From positions 1,440,001-1,504,000 of the forward strand of contig CAWIGG010000002.1 of NCBI GenBank assembly GCA_963835575.1: a stretch of 64,000 bases of DNA, in the 5' to 3' direction. Origin of the DNA: an uncultured Spirochaetota bacterium (GTDB lineage: Bacteria > Spirochaetota > Brevinematia > Brevinematales > JAOACQ01). Every line of letters starts with the position of its first letter. The stretch's first letter is position 1. The notes below the pieces were generated by a model. That model was not told the origin of the DNA, made no database searches, and saw nothing but the letters and a program-made list of their open reading frames with translations. Below are positions 1-9,689 of the stretch, in pieces. Both the position numbers and the translations under genes were made by a program.

Positions 1-297
1 GTCTATGAGCACTTTTTCCTTAAGGACCCTGTCGTTCATAAATTCGGCTTCCCCGGCTATCCGGAGCATCCTTCCCGTCGTATTATCCGGCCCGGGTTTA
101 TAAAAACAGACCTCGGTCTTCGGGTTTTCCTTTAACTGCCGGTATAATGGTTTAATATCCCCGGTCTCAAAATAAAAACCGGTCTCATCGGCAAACCAGA
201 ATTGAAGTGCCCTGACCCTCGGCTGGTCTTTCTCGGCTGTGGCCAGAAAGCATAATAAGGTTTCGTTCGAGAAGTCGATGCAGTTTTTGATATCCAT
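1..297 (-). CDS. Pyridoxamine 5'-phosphate oxidase-like FMN-binding protein (runs off the window start)
   Basis: Not in the ORF track. Read manually from ATG at 297 with GAGGAGG RBS: MDIKNCIDFSNETLLCFLATAEKDQPRVRALQFWFADETGFYFETG...LYRQLKENPKTEVCF. FLAT..QPRVR and QL.ENP.VE.CF are split-barrel family motifs. Confidence 0.8.
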   Translation of the reverse strand, partial: MDIKNCIDFSNETLLCFLATAEKDQPRVRALQFWFADETGFYFETGDIKPLYRQLKENPKTEVCFYKPGPDNTTGRMLRIAGEAEFMNDRVLKEKVLID

Positions 298-589
298 TAT
301 AAAATTCCTCCTCAATGAGTCTGTATTCACACGATCAAATTGATAAATATTATAACTTATTTGATAAGAAAATGGGAAAAAGAGAATAAATCCGGTTTTT
401 TTGAAAATGTCTGCCGGAATGCGCAATATTAACAAAATGATTTCAAGATTTAAGAGGCCCGTATTAAGTAAGATCGGCTTATAATGGCCGCTTTTTTCGG
501 GCCGGGGGATTTTGATATAAATGAAGCTTGCTTCCTTTCCGGCCTTTTCAGCTGCCGCGCCGCACGCAATGAAACTATCCTGCTTTCCT

Positions 590-2731
590 TTATTGCGGCC
601 TGCAGTCGTAAAGGACCGGATTTCCCCGGGACCCCGCTGTTTGTGAAGTATTGGCGCTATTCGTATTTGAGCTGCTGTCAATATCAAGCCATAATTCAGA
701 CTTGACTATCCTTCCTTTATTTGTGATCCATTTGTTTAATTCATTAAGCGAGCCGTTGGTTCCCATGAAATTATTGCCTCTCGGCCTGAAGGAATTCGAA
801 ACCGCGAAGTTGTTTGTCATAACAATAAAGTAGCGTATTTGCCCTTCTTCGACCATATTCTTAAGTACTTCGACAGTCAATATATTATCTCTTCCTGAAA
901 AACCGCCCATTGCCATTACCGGCTGGCCGGTTCCCAATATGATGGGAGACGCGATGGCCGCGTTTGGAACGCCGATAAGAAATTTCTCCCCTTTTCTGTT
1001 GGAAATCAGGAAATGGATAAGCTTGTCAACTTTAAAATTTTCATTAAACGGTGAATTCCAGCCGTCAATATTGACTGGATTATTGGGATTTTCCGTCACC
1101 CAGGCATAGTTCCGCCGGTTTTTAAGCTCCGGCCCGGCAAACGGCATGGATGCCTGATCGCCGTAAAGCATGGGAGTAAGGCTCCAGATGATAGGAGAAA
1201 TGTTTAAGGCCATAAACCCGATGATGACAGAAATTTTCTGCAGGTTAATGTTATCCGTTATTTTGAGTAATTTCAGAACGGAAATCATACCGCAGGAGAT
1301 AAGGGTGAGGCTTAAAACCGCCGGAATCATCCAGTTTCTCCAATCCGGGTAGCGGTATAAAAAATAGATTTGAAAAAGCGCGCTTATTAAAAAAACAGAC
1401 GGCAACAGCCGGCTCCTCCAGCCCTTTTCACTGAGGTTTTCCCATAATTCAATAACACCGATCCCGCATAGGGCAGCGATGCCGGGAGCAAGCATGCTGA
1501 GATAATACCTGTGAAAGAAGCCGGTAATGCTGAAATAAACGATCATCGGCAGTATCCATGCGCTCCAGAATAAAACTCCGCGGACTTTCGGGTTTTGAAG
1601 ATCAAAACCGGACTTGTCTTTCCTGATAAAAAAGACCAGTATGCTGATGAGCGCAAAGGGTAAAAGCCAGCTTAATTGTCCGGCCATTTGCTGATTAAAC
1701 AGCCTCATTACACCCGGATTGCCTCCTTCCCCGCCTGGATTTCTGCCGCGGTTTCCCCAGACATTACTGACAGCCGTTTGAGTATTGGAAGGCGTAATGA
1801 TAGAGGTCATCTGTAAAGAAGGCATAATATTAGTCCGCATCAGGTTCGTATTCTGCTCTGCCCCGGCCGTTCTAAAATTACCGCGGTTTCCAAATTCCCT
1901 CCTTCCGCGGTTTCTGGGAAGAACTCGATTGATCCCATTATAACCGACGGCTAGATTGAGCTCTGAATTCTGCTGGCTGCTTCCTACATAGGGCCTTTTT
2001 TCGGGCGGTACCAGATCCACAGCGATTGGCCAGGAAAGGGAAACTGCGATGAGTACAAAAATTGAAACCCCAATATTTATTAATTTTCTGCCCATTTTGA
2101 TTTCTGATGAAAAGAAATACAAAATAAAAAAAGCGGGAATCGCCATAAAGGCCTCAGCCATTTTAGTATTAAACCCTGCCCCGACGAGAACCATGGAGAT
2201 TAATAACCACTTCAGGCTCCCTTTCTGTACCGCGGTATTAACAGCCCAGGCGGCAAATAGAATGATCATTACCAGGACCGGGTCAAGTTCATTGGTACGG
2301 CTTACAGCCACGAAGATCGGGGTTGTCGCTAAAACAAAGGCCGCGATCAAACCGGCAGCATTTCCAAACGGCTTTTTGACTAATTTAAAAATAATGAACA
2401 CGGACGCAATGCTTGATAAAGCCTGGGGAAGAAGAATAGACCAGCTTTTAAAGCCGAATATTTCAGCGAACGCGCATTGGAGCCACAGGGCAAGCGGCGG
2501 TTTATCAACACTGACAAATCCGCCCGGGTCATAAGATGCAAAAAAGAAATTATGCCGGCTGGCGAGCATGCTTTTCACAGCCGCGGCATAATAATTGTTC
2601 CCGAAACCAATATCATGGAATTTAATAAAATTTAACAGAAATGCCGTTAATGCCAAAAGGAAAAGCGTTATATACAATAAAATCTTTTTTGATCTGTCCA
2701 CCGCCCGGCCTCGATTTTTTATTAAAATCAA
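590..2731 (-). CDS. GT39/ArnT-PMT-type membrane glycosyltransferase (YkcB-like)
   Basis: YYAAAVKSM..NFFFASYDPGGFVSVDKPPLALW, GFNTKM, RPYVGSSQQNS, FFHRYY and MAMGGFSG motifs; many TM helices. Exact start uncertain. Confidence 0.88.
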   Translation of the reverse strand: MILIKNRGRAVDRSKKILLYITLFLLALTAFLLNFIKFHDIGFGNNYYAAAVKSMLASRHNFFFASYDPGGFVSVDKPPLALWLQCAFAEIFGFKSWSILLPQALSSIASVFIIFKLVKKPFGNAAGLIAAFVLATTPIFVAVSRTNELDPVLVMIILFAAWAVNTAVQKGSLKWLLISMVLVGAGFNTKMAEAFMAIPAFFILYFFSSEIKMGRKLINIGVSIFVLIAVSLSWPIAVDLVPPEKRPYVGSSQQNSELNLAVGYNGINRVLPRNRGRREFGNRGNFRTAGAEQNTNLMRTNIMPSLQMTSIITPSNTQTAVSNVWGNRGRNPGGEGGNPGVMRLFNQQMAGQLSWLLPFALISILVFFIRKDKSGFDLQNPKVRGVLFWSAWILPMIVYFSITGFFHRYYLSMLAPGIAALCGIGVIELWENLSEKGWRSRLLPSVFLISALFQIYFLYRYPDWRNWMIPAVLSLTLISCGMISVLKLLKITDNINLQKISVIIGFMALNISPIIWSLTPMLYGDQASMPFAGPELKNRRNYAWVTENPNNPVNIDGWNSPFNENFKVDKLIHFLISNRKGEKFLIGVPNAAIASPIILGTGQPVMAMGGFSGRDNILTVEVLKNMVEEGQIRYFIVMTNNFAVSNSFRPRGNNFMGTNGSLNELNKWITNKGRIVKSELWLDIDSSSNTNSANTSQTAGSRGNPVLYDCRPQ

Positions 2732-2942
2732 TTATAAAAGGCTGGAACCGGTTAAATAGTTTCAAATTTCTAATAATTATTTTTGAATTTCGGGAAAAAA
2801 TCATATTCAAAATGTATTTTATTGTATTTCAATGGACATGCCTGTTTCTTCATTAATATTATACTCATGACCTTTGCACAGTAAACTTAAGTTAATTCGC
2901 TGCCTGATAAAACTTTAGGCTATAAATTGCCGCTTAAAACTG

Positions 2943-3003
2943 GACTTTTGCACGGTTTCTATTTAATTATCCGTTAATGGTTTGCGGAAACCGTGCAAAA
3001 GTC
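2943..3003. repeat. Perfect 17-bp inverted repeat with 27-bp spacer (MITE/REP-like or operator)
   Basis: GACTTTTGCACGGTTTC (2943-2959) / GAAACCGTGCAAAAGTC (2987-3003); related half copy GACCTTTGCACAGT at 2869-2882. Confidence 0.7.
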
Positions 3004-3096
3004 TTTACTCTTATTTTTCAATAAAATATATATCCCGGAATTGCATCCAAATGAGATGAATTTCACTTATAATGTCAGCCATAGAATAATCAAAAT

Positions 3097-3747
3097 ATGG
3101 GGAATGTTCCTGTGATCAGATCAATAATATACTATTCCGGATTAATCTTTCTTGCCGTCCTGGCAGGCTGTTCCGGCGAAGTTAAAAGCGACAGCCAGTC
3201 TTTAAAGGATCTGCAGAGTTATCTGGTCTATTCCAATCCGTATGAAATGAATTCCGCCTGGCTGACGGACCATCTGGGAATCCGGCAAAACTCAATCGGC
3301 AAATTATCTGAAATTGTCCTGGATGATTATTACGGGACCTTTGAAGACAGGGATATATACAGCAATTATAGTGCGGATATCTTTGATAAGGTCATAGCGG
3401 ACAGGGCCAGGCAGAGATGGAACGCGACCGCAATAAAGCTGAAAGGCATAATCGATCACGGTCAGGCAGAAAAATTAAATACTGTGATATCACAGGTCAA
3501 TTCCTTAAAAGACTATGCCTTGATGCTGATGGTCAAAGTACCGCTTTCCTATCCGCAGGCTATCCTGATTGATTCGGGGTTTGAAGTTTCGAATTGCCTG
3601 AAAACGGATCAATACGCTGTTTTTCAAAAAATTGAGAAAGCCAGGAGCGCAATATGGATTTCCAATGTGCAAAATAATCAGGAAGGAACGACCAATTCCC
3701 AGCCTAAAAAAAGGGGAACGGGCAGAAGGAGAGGAAAAAACAACTGA
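3097..3747 (+). CDS. Hypothetical lipoprotein
   Basis: 216-aa ORF with hydrophobic stretch and lipobox LAGC; basic C-terminal tail. Confidence 0.65.
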   Translation: MGNVPVIRSIIYYSGLIFLAVLAGCSGEVKSDSQSLKDLQSYLVYSNPYEMNSAWLTDHLGIRQNSIGKLSEIVLDDYYGTFEDRDIYSNYSADIFDKVIADRARQRWNATAIKLKGIIDHGQAEKLNTVISQVNSLKDYALMLMVKVPLSYPQAILIDSGFEVSNCLKTDQYAVFQKIEKARSAIWISNVQNNQEGTTNSQPKKRGTGRRRGKNN

Positions 3748-3858
3748 TAATTTAAAGAAATTAAACAATACCCGGTTTTATTGTTTTGTTTTTTTGAATT
3801 TTTACTTATTGCTGATTATGATTTAATGGTAATTATTCATTAAACACCGGAGGAAAAT

Positions 3859-4740
3859 ATGAAAGCAATAAAATCCTTTTCAATTATAACAGTTTTCACG
3901 GCCCTGCTTTTGTACAGTTCCTGTTCAATAAATTCGAACAGCGGCGGTTCCGCATAGACAAACGACGCTCCGCCGCTGCCCGGAGGCGTAACAACATTAA
4001 AACCCAACAATAACGACAATATTCCGGTCGGAAGCAGTTACGTTGTCATGAACAACGAATGGAACTCAGGGCAGGCATCACCGCCTTACAGCGAGGTCAT
4101 CTTCACAGGCGATACAAACGGCGGAACGTACTTCGGCTGGCAGTGGTCCTGGAACAACGCGAATACTTGGACGGTCCTGAGTTATCCCGAAGTATTATGC
4201 GGCCAGAGCCCATGGTCCCCCTCATTGATCCATTCCTCCGGATTTCCCTTTGCGATCGGATCGACGAATGTAAAATCGACCTTCAATATCATCCAGACAA
4301 TAAATGAGTCGCTTTCCCGCGGAAACACATACGATCTTGCTTACGATATCTGGGTCATATCAAATACCAGCGATACTAATAATTTTACTTCAACTAATAT
4401 TAAATGCGAGATCATGATCTGGCTCGCAAGCGAAAGATGCGAACCGGATGGAGTGACCCCGACTACTTTTATACCGGCTAACGGAATATCATGGGGATAT
4501 GTAATGAAAACCGGTCAGGGAGGAAGCCCACATGGCTGGACTTATGCTGCTTATGACGCTGTAACGCCGGTATTTGATTCCCCGGCCGGAGGTTTCGACA
4601 TTACCCCGTTTTTAAGCGATCTTGTCAGTAGAGGAGTTATTGTTAACGGAGATTATGTCGCCACCGTTGAACTCGGCACGGAAGTCGCGATAGGCGCAGG
4701 CATGGTGTTTATATCGAATTATTCCGTGATTCTTTATTAA
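3859..4740 (+). pseudogene. GH12 endoglucanase lipoprotein interrupted by an in-frame TAG
   Basis: GGAGG RBS, ATG 3859, signal MKAIKSFSIITVFTALLLYSSC, TAG at 3955-3957. The same frame continues into ORF 4048-4740 with GH12 motifs MNNEW, SYPE, YDLAYDIW, EIMIWL and ELGTE. Confidence 0.8.
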
Positions 4741-4830
4741 CGCGGCCTTATCCGCCGCCTCGGCAGTTTCTTGATCTATTGCAGATATTTCTTCAAAATA
4801 ACCATTTTATGAAAATCTTATCAGGCTTTT

Positions 4831-6054
4831 TTAGTCTTTTACTCTCATGAATTTCGATTCCTTAAGCCTTGTGCTGACCAAAACCATTAAAAGCATAAAA
4901 CCGATCAATATATTCATGGAAAACGTCATCGAACCTGTCTTCGGCGATTTGAAAAGGTCCATCCCTAAAATAAAAAGAACACCCGAAACCTGCCCCATCA
5001 TCATCAGCATCCCGGTGGATGTGCCTTCAGGCGCGGGATAAGCGATTTCAGCGCCGTATTGGAACCCTACAGGGGCCGTGCTCAGGAGGAAGAACCCGAA
5101 TACGGCCGAAGAGGCCAGTAAAATCCGGAAGTCCGCCGCATACGTTATGCCGATCAGTCCGAGCGCCGAGCCGGCGAGCGCCAGAAAAATAAAGAGGGTC
5201 CGTCTGCGGAACTTATCCGACAGGAAGGGAATGACTGCCGAGCCGATTACGCCGCATGCGATCATCAGGCCGCCTGCGATCCCTGCCTGCGCCGGTGAAA
5301 ACCCCCGCGGTTTAAGAATTTCTTCGATCCATGTGGCCAGAGCATTGAACACGCCCAGGCCTATAAAAAAGATCAGCATCAAAAACACAAATTCTTTTTT
5401 TACCATAAGCTGTTTCAGCCCGTCGAAAACCAGCGCCCTATCCTCCTCTCCGGGAGCGCACTGGGGGGTCGGCGGCTTTTCCCTGGCAAAGATAATGAAA
5501 ATAACAGCCGAGGCGATTGAGACTGCTCCATAATAAACAAGCATCCCGGGAATGCCTGCCGCCTGGGCCAGAAAGGGTGTCAGGGCCAGTCCGATAATAA
5601 GGCCCAGGTAGCCCGCAAGCCATGAGAGACCGGCGGCCGTCGCCCTTTCCTGGAGGGGGAACCACCGCGCGGCGACTTTCGTCACGGCATTGAGAATCAA
5701 TGGCTGGCCGACTGCGATCATTATCTGAAAAAAAAGCACTGTGTTATAATTTCCGGCAAAAAGCCCCCGCAGAAGACCGAAAATACCTGTCAGGGCGGCG
5801 CCGAGCCCGACCGCGGTCCGGAACCCGTATGTATCGATCATCCATGATGCAGGGATCGACACAACAATATAGACGATCATGAAAACCATGGACAATAACC
5901 CGATCCCCAGATCGGAAACCCTATAAAAAGCCGCCGATTCCATGGTAATGGATGCGAAGGTTATCCAGAGAAGCTGCTGGACAGCCATAATCAGCATAAA
6001 AATCCCGAGAATAATCCATCTGTAAGGATAAGTCTTTATTTTCTGCTGTTTCAT
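4831..6054 (-). CDS. MFS transporter (FLVCR/SLC49-like)
   Basis: About 12 TM helices; YRWIIL start, WMIDTYGFR, ARWFPLQERATA and LSDKFRRR motifs. Confidence 0.88.
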   Translation of the reverse strand: MKQQKIKTYPYRWIILGIFMLIMAVQQLLWITFASITMESAAFYRVSDLGIGLLSMVFMIVYIVVSIPASWMIDTYGFRTAVGLGAALTGIFGLLRGLFAGNYNTVLFFQIMIAVGQPLILNAVTKVAARWFPLQERATAAGLSWLAGYLGLIIGLALTPFLAQAAGIPGMLVYYGAVSIASAVIFIIFAREKPPTPQCAPGEEDRALVFDGLKQLMVKKEFVFLMLIFFIGLGVFNALATWIEEILKPRGFSPAQAGIAGGLMIACGVIGSAVIPFLSDKFRRRTLFIFLALAGSALGLIGITYAADFRILLASSAVFGFFLLSTAPVGFQYGAEIAYPAPEGTSTGMLMMMGQVSGVLFILGMDLFKSPKTGSMTFSMNILIGFMLLMVLVSTRLKESKFMRVKD

Positions 6055-6182
6055 AAGGTCCGTTTCCTCCCCAATTTTTTTTGATAGGGACAGGTTCAGG
6101 CAACCGCGGGTCTTTGGATCTGTCCCGGTTAATATTTATTTTCTATCTAAGCAGACTTTGATGACTTGCCCAGTCTGCACCC

Positions 6183-6217
6183 GGCAGTTTTAGAAATTCT
6201 GTTTTTTTAGAACTGTC
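6183..6217. repeat. GGCAGTT-family palindrome
   Basis: GGCAGTTTTAGAAA...TTTTTAGAACTGTC imperfect hairpin; same family as 6316, 6459, 32287 and 57809. Confidence 0.7.
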
Positions 6218-6222
6218 TTTAA

Positions 6223-6251
6223 ATTATAGTGAAACACTTTCCTTGTGTCAA
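6223..6251 (-). promoter_or_regulatory. Sigma70-type promoter for the MFS gene
   Basis: Minus strand TTGACA (6251-6246), 17 bp, TATAAT (6228-6223): perfect consensus. Confidence 0.75.
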
Positions 6252-6315
6252 TGGCTGAGTAAATCCCGCCTGATAGTTTTATCCAATGGTAAGTTGAAAT
6301 TATTAAAAAAATATG

Positions 6316-6518
6316 GGCAGTTCTAAAAACTCAAATATTTAGAACTGCCGCTATTATATGAGTTCATGCTACCGCCCGAGTTCGCTGTCTGAAAAGATCA
6401 TCAACCAGCGAACTCTATACGGTAGCGCCAATTAAATTTACAAGAGATTCTATAACCGGGGCAGTTCCAAAACCTATGTTGGAAATATCTGATTGATTTT
6501 GAGTTTTTGGAACTGCCC
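6316..6518. repeat. Composite three-hairpin element, copy A
   Basis: Hairpin 6316-6349 (GGCAGTTCTAAA..TTTAGAACTGCC); nested stem 6368-6426 (GCTACCG..GAGTTCGCTG..CAGCGAACTC..CGGTAGC); hairpin 6459-6518 (GGGCAGTTCCAAAA..TTTTGGAACTGCCC). Same order as the reverse complement of 57687-57841. Confidence 0.75.
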
Positions 6519-6652
6519 TTATTTGAATTCTTATCATAAATATAATATTATAAGACAGAAATGCTTTGACAGAGATTTCCAGGCGCACTACAATATTAAG
6601 CCATCTGATGCCCGGAAGATCAATCAGCTCCCTATTTAAAAAGGAGGTCCTT

Positions 6653-7342
6653 ATGGCCCGTAAAAGTCAAAAAGAAACAAAAACTTCTCTCAAGACCGGA
6701 GACAGCGACAATTCGGCAAACCTTCAGCCGATCGAACTGCCGAAACCCGGACCTGACAGGGGCAAATCAGTATTCAGCGCATTACAGCAGAGAAAAACCA
6801 TCCGTGAAATAAGTGAAAAAAAACTTCCCCTGCAGGTACTTTCAAATCTCCTCTGGGCGGCCAATGGAGTAAACCGCAGAAAAGACCCGTTTGGAATAGC
6901 CGGAAGAACGGCCGCGTCAGCCAGCAACTCACAGGAAATCGATCTTTATATGGCCGTTCAGGAAGGTGTTTTTTTATATGACGCGTTTCAGCACAGGCTG
7001 GCGCCGGTCTTGGCGGAAGACCTTCGGCGCCTGGCAATCGGAAAAGGCCAGCCGGATTTCGCGGCCGGTGCCCCGCTCCATATCATCTACGTCGCAGATG
7101 TGCATAAACTGACGCATACCTCCGGTTTTCAGGAACCCGGGCTGCATGATCCGGAAGTCCAGAAATCATATTATTACGTTGATACCGGTTTGATTGCGGG
7201 CAATATATATTTGTTTGCCGCTTCCCGGGGCCTCGCATCCTGGTTCCATAACTGCGACAGGTCCGGCCTGGCGGCAAAACTGAAACTGCGCAAAGACCAG
7301 CGTATACTCTTCGGGCAGACAGTCGGTTATCCGGCTGAATAG
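6653..7342 (+). CDS. Nitroreductase family protein (SagB/ThcOx-like)
   Basis: AAGGAGG RBS before ATG 6653; IELPKP, ALQQRKTIR, LSNLLWAANGVNR, RTAASASN and VDTG.IAGNIYLFAAS.GL motifs. Confidence 0.88.
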   Translation: MARKSQKETKTSLKTGDSDNSANLQPIELPKPGPDRGKSVFSALQQRKTIREISEKKLPLQVLSNLLWAANGVNRRKDPFGIAGRTAASASNSQEIDLYMAVQEGVFLYDAFQHRLAPVLAEDLRRLAIGKGQPDFAAGAPLHIIYVADVHKLTHTSGFQEPGLHDPEVQKSYYYVDTGLIAGNIYLFAASRGLASWFHNCDRSGLAAKLKLRKDQRILFGQTVGYPAE

Positions 7343-7534
7343 TAACTTAATATATTTATGACGCAGATTCAGATTTGCCGAAAGTAATGTTATTTTTACT
7401 ATTTACGGCGTTATTGTAACTTTTATCCCGTTAAGAAGGTATATATTGTATTGAATGCATTCAATAAGCTATAGTAGTTTTGATTTTCAATCCACCGGTT
7501 GAGGTGAGTGTTTAATCAAAAATGGAGGTTAATA

Positions 7535-8230
7535 ATGAAGTTAATGAAGGTTTATGGTGTAATTCTAATAGTTTTTTTCTTGTATATTGCAGTTTGTATT
7601 CATGGATATGCGGCCGCTGGCGATCAAACTTCAACCAATCAAACTACGGTTCAATTGCAGATCCTGCAGATTGACCAGCAGATACAAGGCTTAAAAAATG
7701 AAATACGGCAATTGGAAGGGAAAAAAAGATCGCTGTATAATCAGATCGAAGCGATCAAAACTCAGCGGCGTCTGGACCAGCTGAACGGCCGCCTGAGCGA
7801 TTTGTCCATTAAGCTCACAAATGCCCAGGCAAAAACCAACTCCGCGCAAATTCAGCAGCTGACATCCCGCCAAAGCCAGATAAACAGTGAAATCGGCTTT
7901 CTGACAGATATAAAAGGGCTCCTGGGACAATTGGCGGCCGCAAACCAGCAGATGGACACCAATCAGACCTCACTTTTGGAACAAAAGATCAAAAATGACC
8001 GTGAATCAATAAAAGCCCTGTTTCCGCCCGCCACCAATCAACCGCCGGCTGTAAAAACGGTAAATACCAATATTACACCGGCTGCGACTTCTGCGCAGGC
8101 GGACCCGGAAATTCAGCCTTTACTGGACCAGATAAAAGCCCTGGATGCTCAGATAAAACAGGACCTGGACCAGATAAAGAGCCTTCAGGAGCAAAAAAAA
8201 GCGCTGATCCAGCATTCTCATAAAAAATAA
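7535..8230 (+). CDS. Secreted Gln-rich coiled-coil protein
   Basis: GGAGG RBS before ATG 7535; signal peptide; heptad-like Q/I/L pattern. Confidence 0.7.
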   Translation: MKLMKVYGVILIVFFLYIAVCIHGYAAAGDQTSTNQTTVQLQILQIDQQIQGLKNEIRQLEGKKRSLYNQIEAIKTQRRLDQLNGRLSDLSIKLTNAQAKTNSAQIQQLTSRQSQINSEIGFLTDIKGLLGQLAAANQQMDTNQTSLLEQKIKNDRESIKALFPPATNQPPAVKTVNTNITPAATSAQADPEIQPLLDQIKALDAQIKQDLDQIKSLQEQKKALIQHSHKK

Positions 8231-8252
8231 AATGATGTATGAAGGAGGATTT

Positions 8253-9179
8253 ATGAGATATAAATCTGCGAAGCTGCTATTAACAGGTTTTGCGTTCCTT
8301 TTGTACATTTCCTGCTCCGGCACGCCGGGAGACAATAAAAATTCAACTGCCGATACCACCGGGATCAATGAAATGGCAGATTCCGTTTTGAATCCCCAGA
8401 CCGGAATCGCAGGCGATATCAATGAACAGTCGGGGGCTTTGAGCGGCGGGCAGAATATGCAATTCAAAGCGCAATACAGCGGAGTTATCATGAAAGGGCT
8501 GCCCAGCCTGGATACAAAGGGCCGATGGCCCGTCTATAACGGGGGCATATTGAATGGTTTTACCAGCAGTTCGGATGGAGACGGTGTTTATTACCTCAGA
8601 GCGGTCAGTTCTCCCATGAGCTATTCAAACGCTTATTTTGAAGACAGCCTGGACTTTTTCACAGTCACCAACAGGTTTTACAGCACCCCTGACACAAACA
8701 GCATTTCGATCGCTTACAGCGGGAATATCTGGACAAATATCTGGAACGGAACGGTCCGGTCAATCCGCCATATCCGTACGCTTACCAATTATTACACCAA
8801 TCTGATAGTTACGGAAGACCGCCGGAGAGCTGTTTTCAGTAATTGGAGCCTGACAAATATTACGGTGGATACCGGCACTTCCAATTACTCCGCCGTACTT
8901 ACCGGTTCACGCACAGAAAGCATAACAGTTACCAATACTCTCCGGACCGGCAGTTGTACGATCAGCTATGTATTTAATAATTTGCTGTTGACCAGGCAGG
9001 GTTCCGCGGGCAATTACTACGCGGGGATATACGGGGATGTTACTTTCACACTGAACGGTACCTGGACTAATTACAGAGGGACCGTCAGGGCAATTGATGA
9101 AACAAAAACAATCAGTTTTCACAGCAACGGTACGTTAACGATCAATTGCGACGGCTCAACTTCAGTCACCAATTATTAA
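8253..9179 (+). CDS. Hypothetical Thr/Asn-rich lipoprotein
   Basis: GAAGGAGG RBS before ATG 8253; lipobox-like YISC; beta-rich composition. Confidence 0.7.
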   Translation: MRYKSAKLLLTGFAFLLYISCSGTPGDNKNSTADTTGINEMADSVLNPQTGIAGDINEQSGALSGGQNMQFKAQYSGVIMKGLPSLDTKGRWPVYNGGILNGFTSSSDGDGVYYLRAVSSPMSYSNAYFEDSLDFFTVTNRFYSTPDTNSISIAYSGNIWTNIWNGTVRSIRHIRTLTNYYTNLIVTEDRRRAVFSNWSLTNITVDTGTSNYSAVLTGSRTESITVTNTLRTGSCTISYVFNNLLLTRQGSAGNYYAGIYGDVTFTLNGTWTNYRGTVRAIDETKTISFHSNGTLTINCDGSTSVTNY

Positions 9180-9213
9180 TTGGAATATTTTAGTATAAGT
9201 ATAGGAGGTTCAA

Positions 9214-9504
9214 ATGAAGAAACTTTTTGGTTTAATGGCGGTTGTGGCAGCGGTCACTTTAATGGTATCATTTGCCGAGGCGAAAAAACCTGTGCAGGAT
9301 GTAAGCGCAAGACGCCATCCTAATATAGCCGCGGCCCAGAAGCTGGCAGCGCAGGCTTATGAAAGAATCGTCATGGCCCAGAAAGCCAATGAATGGGATA
9401 TGGACGGCCATGCGCAGAAAGCAAAAGAGCTTTTAGACCAGGTCAATATTGAATTGAAACAGGCCGCGGAAGCGGCTAACAAAAACAGACCGGAAAAGAG
9501 ATAG
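9214..9504 (+). CDS. Small secreted helical hypothetical protein
   Basis: AGGAGG RBS; signal peptide ending AEA; RHPNIAAAQ..AQKANEWDMDGHAQKAKELL. Confidence 0.75.
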   Translation: MKKLFGLMAVVAAVTLMVSFAEAKKPVQDVSARRHPNIAAAQKLAAQAYERIVMAQKANEWDMDGHAQKAKELLDQVNIELKQAAEAANKNRPEKR

Positions 9505-9547
9505 CTTAATTTTAATTCAATTGAATGGAAACCTTTTTTATGTCTCT

Positions 9548-9603
9548 GGGCTGTCTCACAGTTTGTGCAGGCTTTCTGTGGGACAGCCCGTTTTGTTTGT
9601 TTT
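9548..9603 (+). terminator. Probable intrinsic terminator
   Basis: GGGCTGTCTCACAG..CTGTGGGACAGCCC stem followed by GTTTTGTTTGTTTT, about 40 nt after the 9504 stop. Confidence 0.55.
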
Positions 9604-9689
9604 GGTAAATATTAATCCTTTCAAATGTTTTTATTTTTTATTTCTATTAATTTTAATTCAGGGGATTCATATTTTATGAGAGGAATTTT

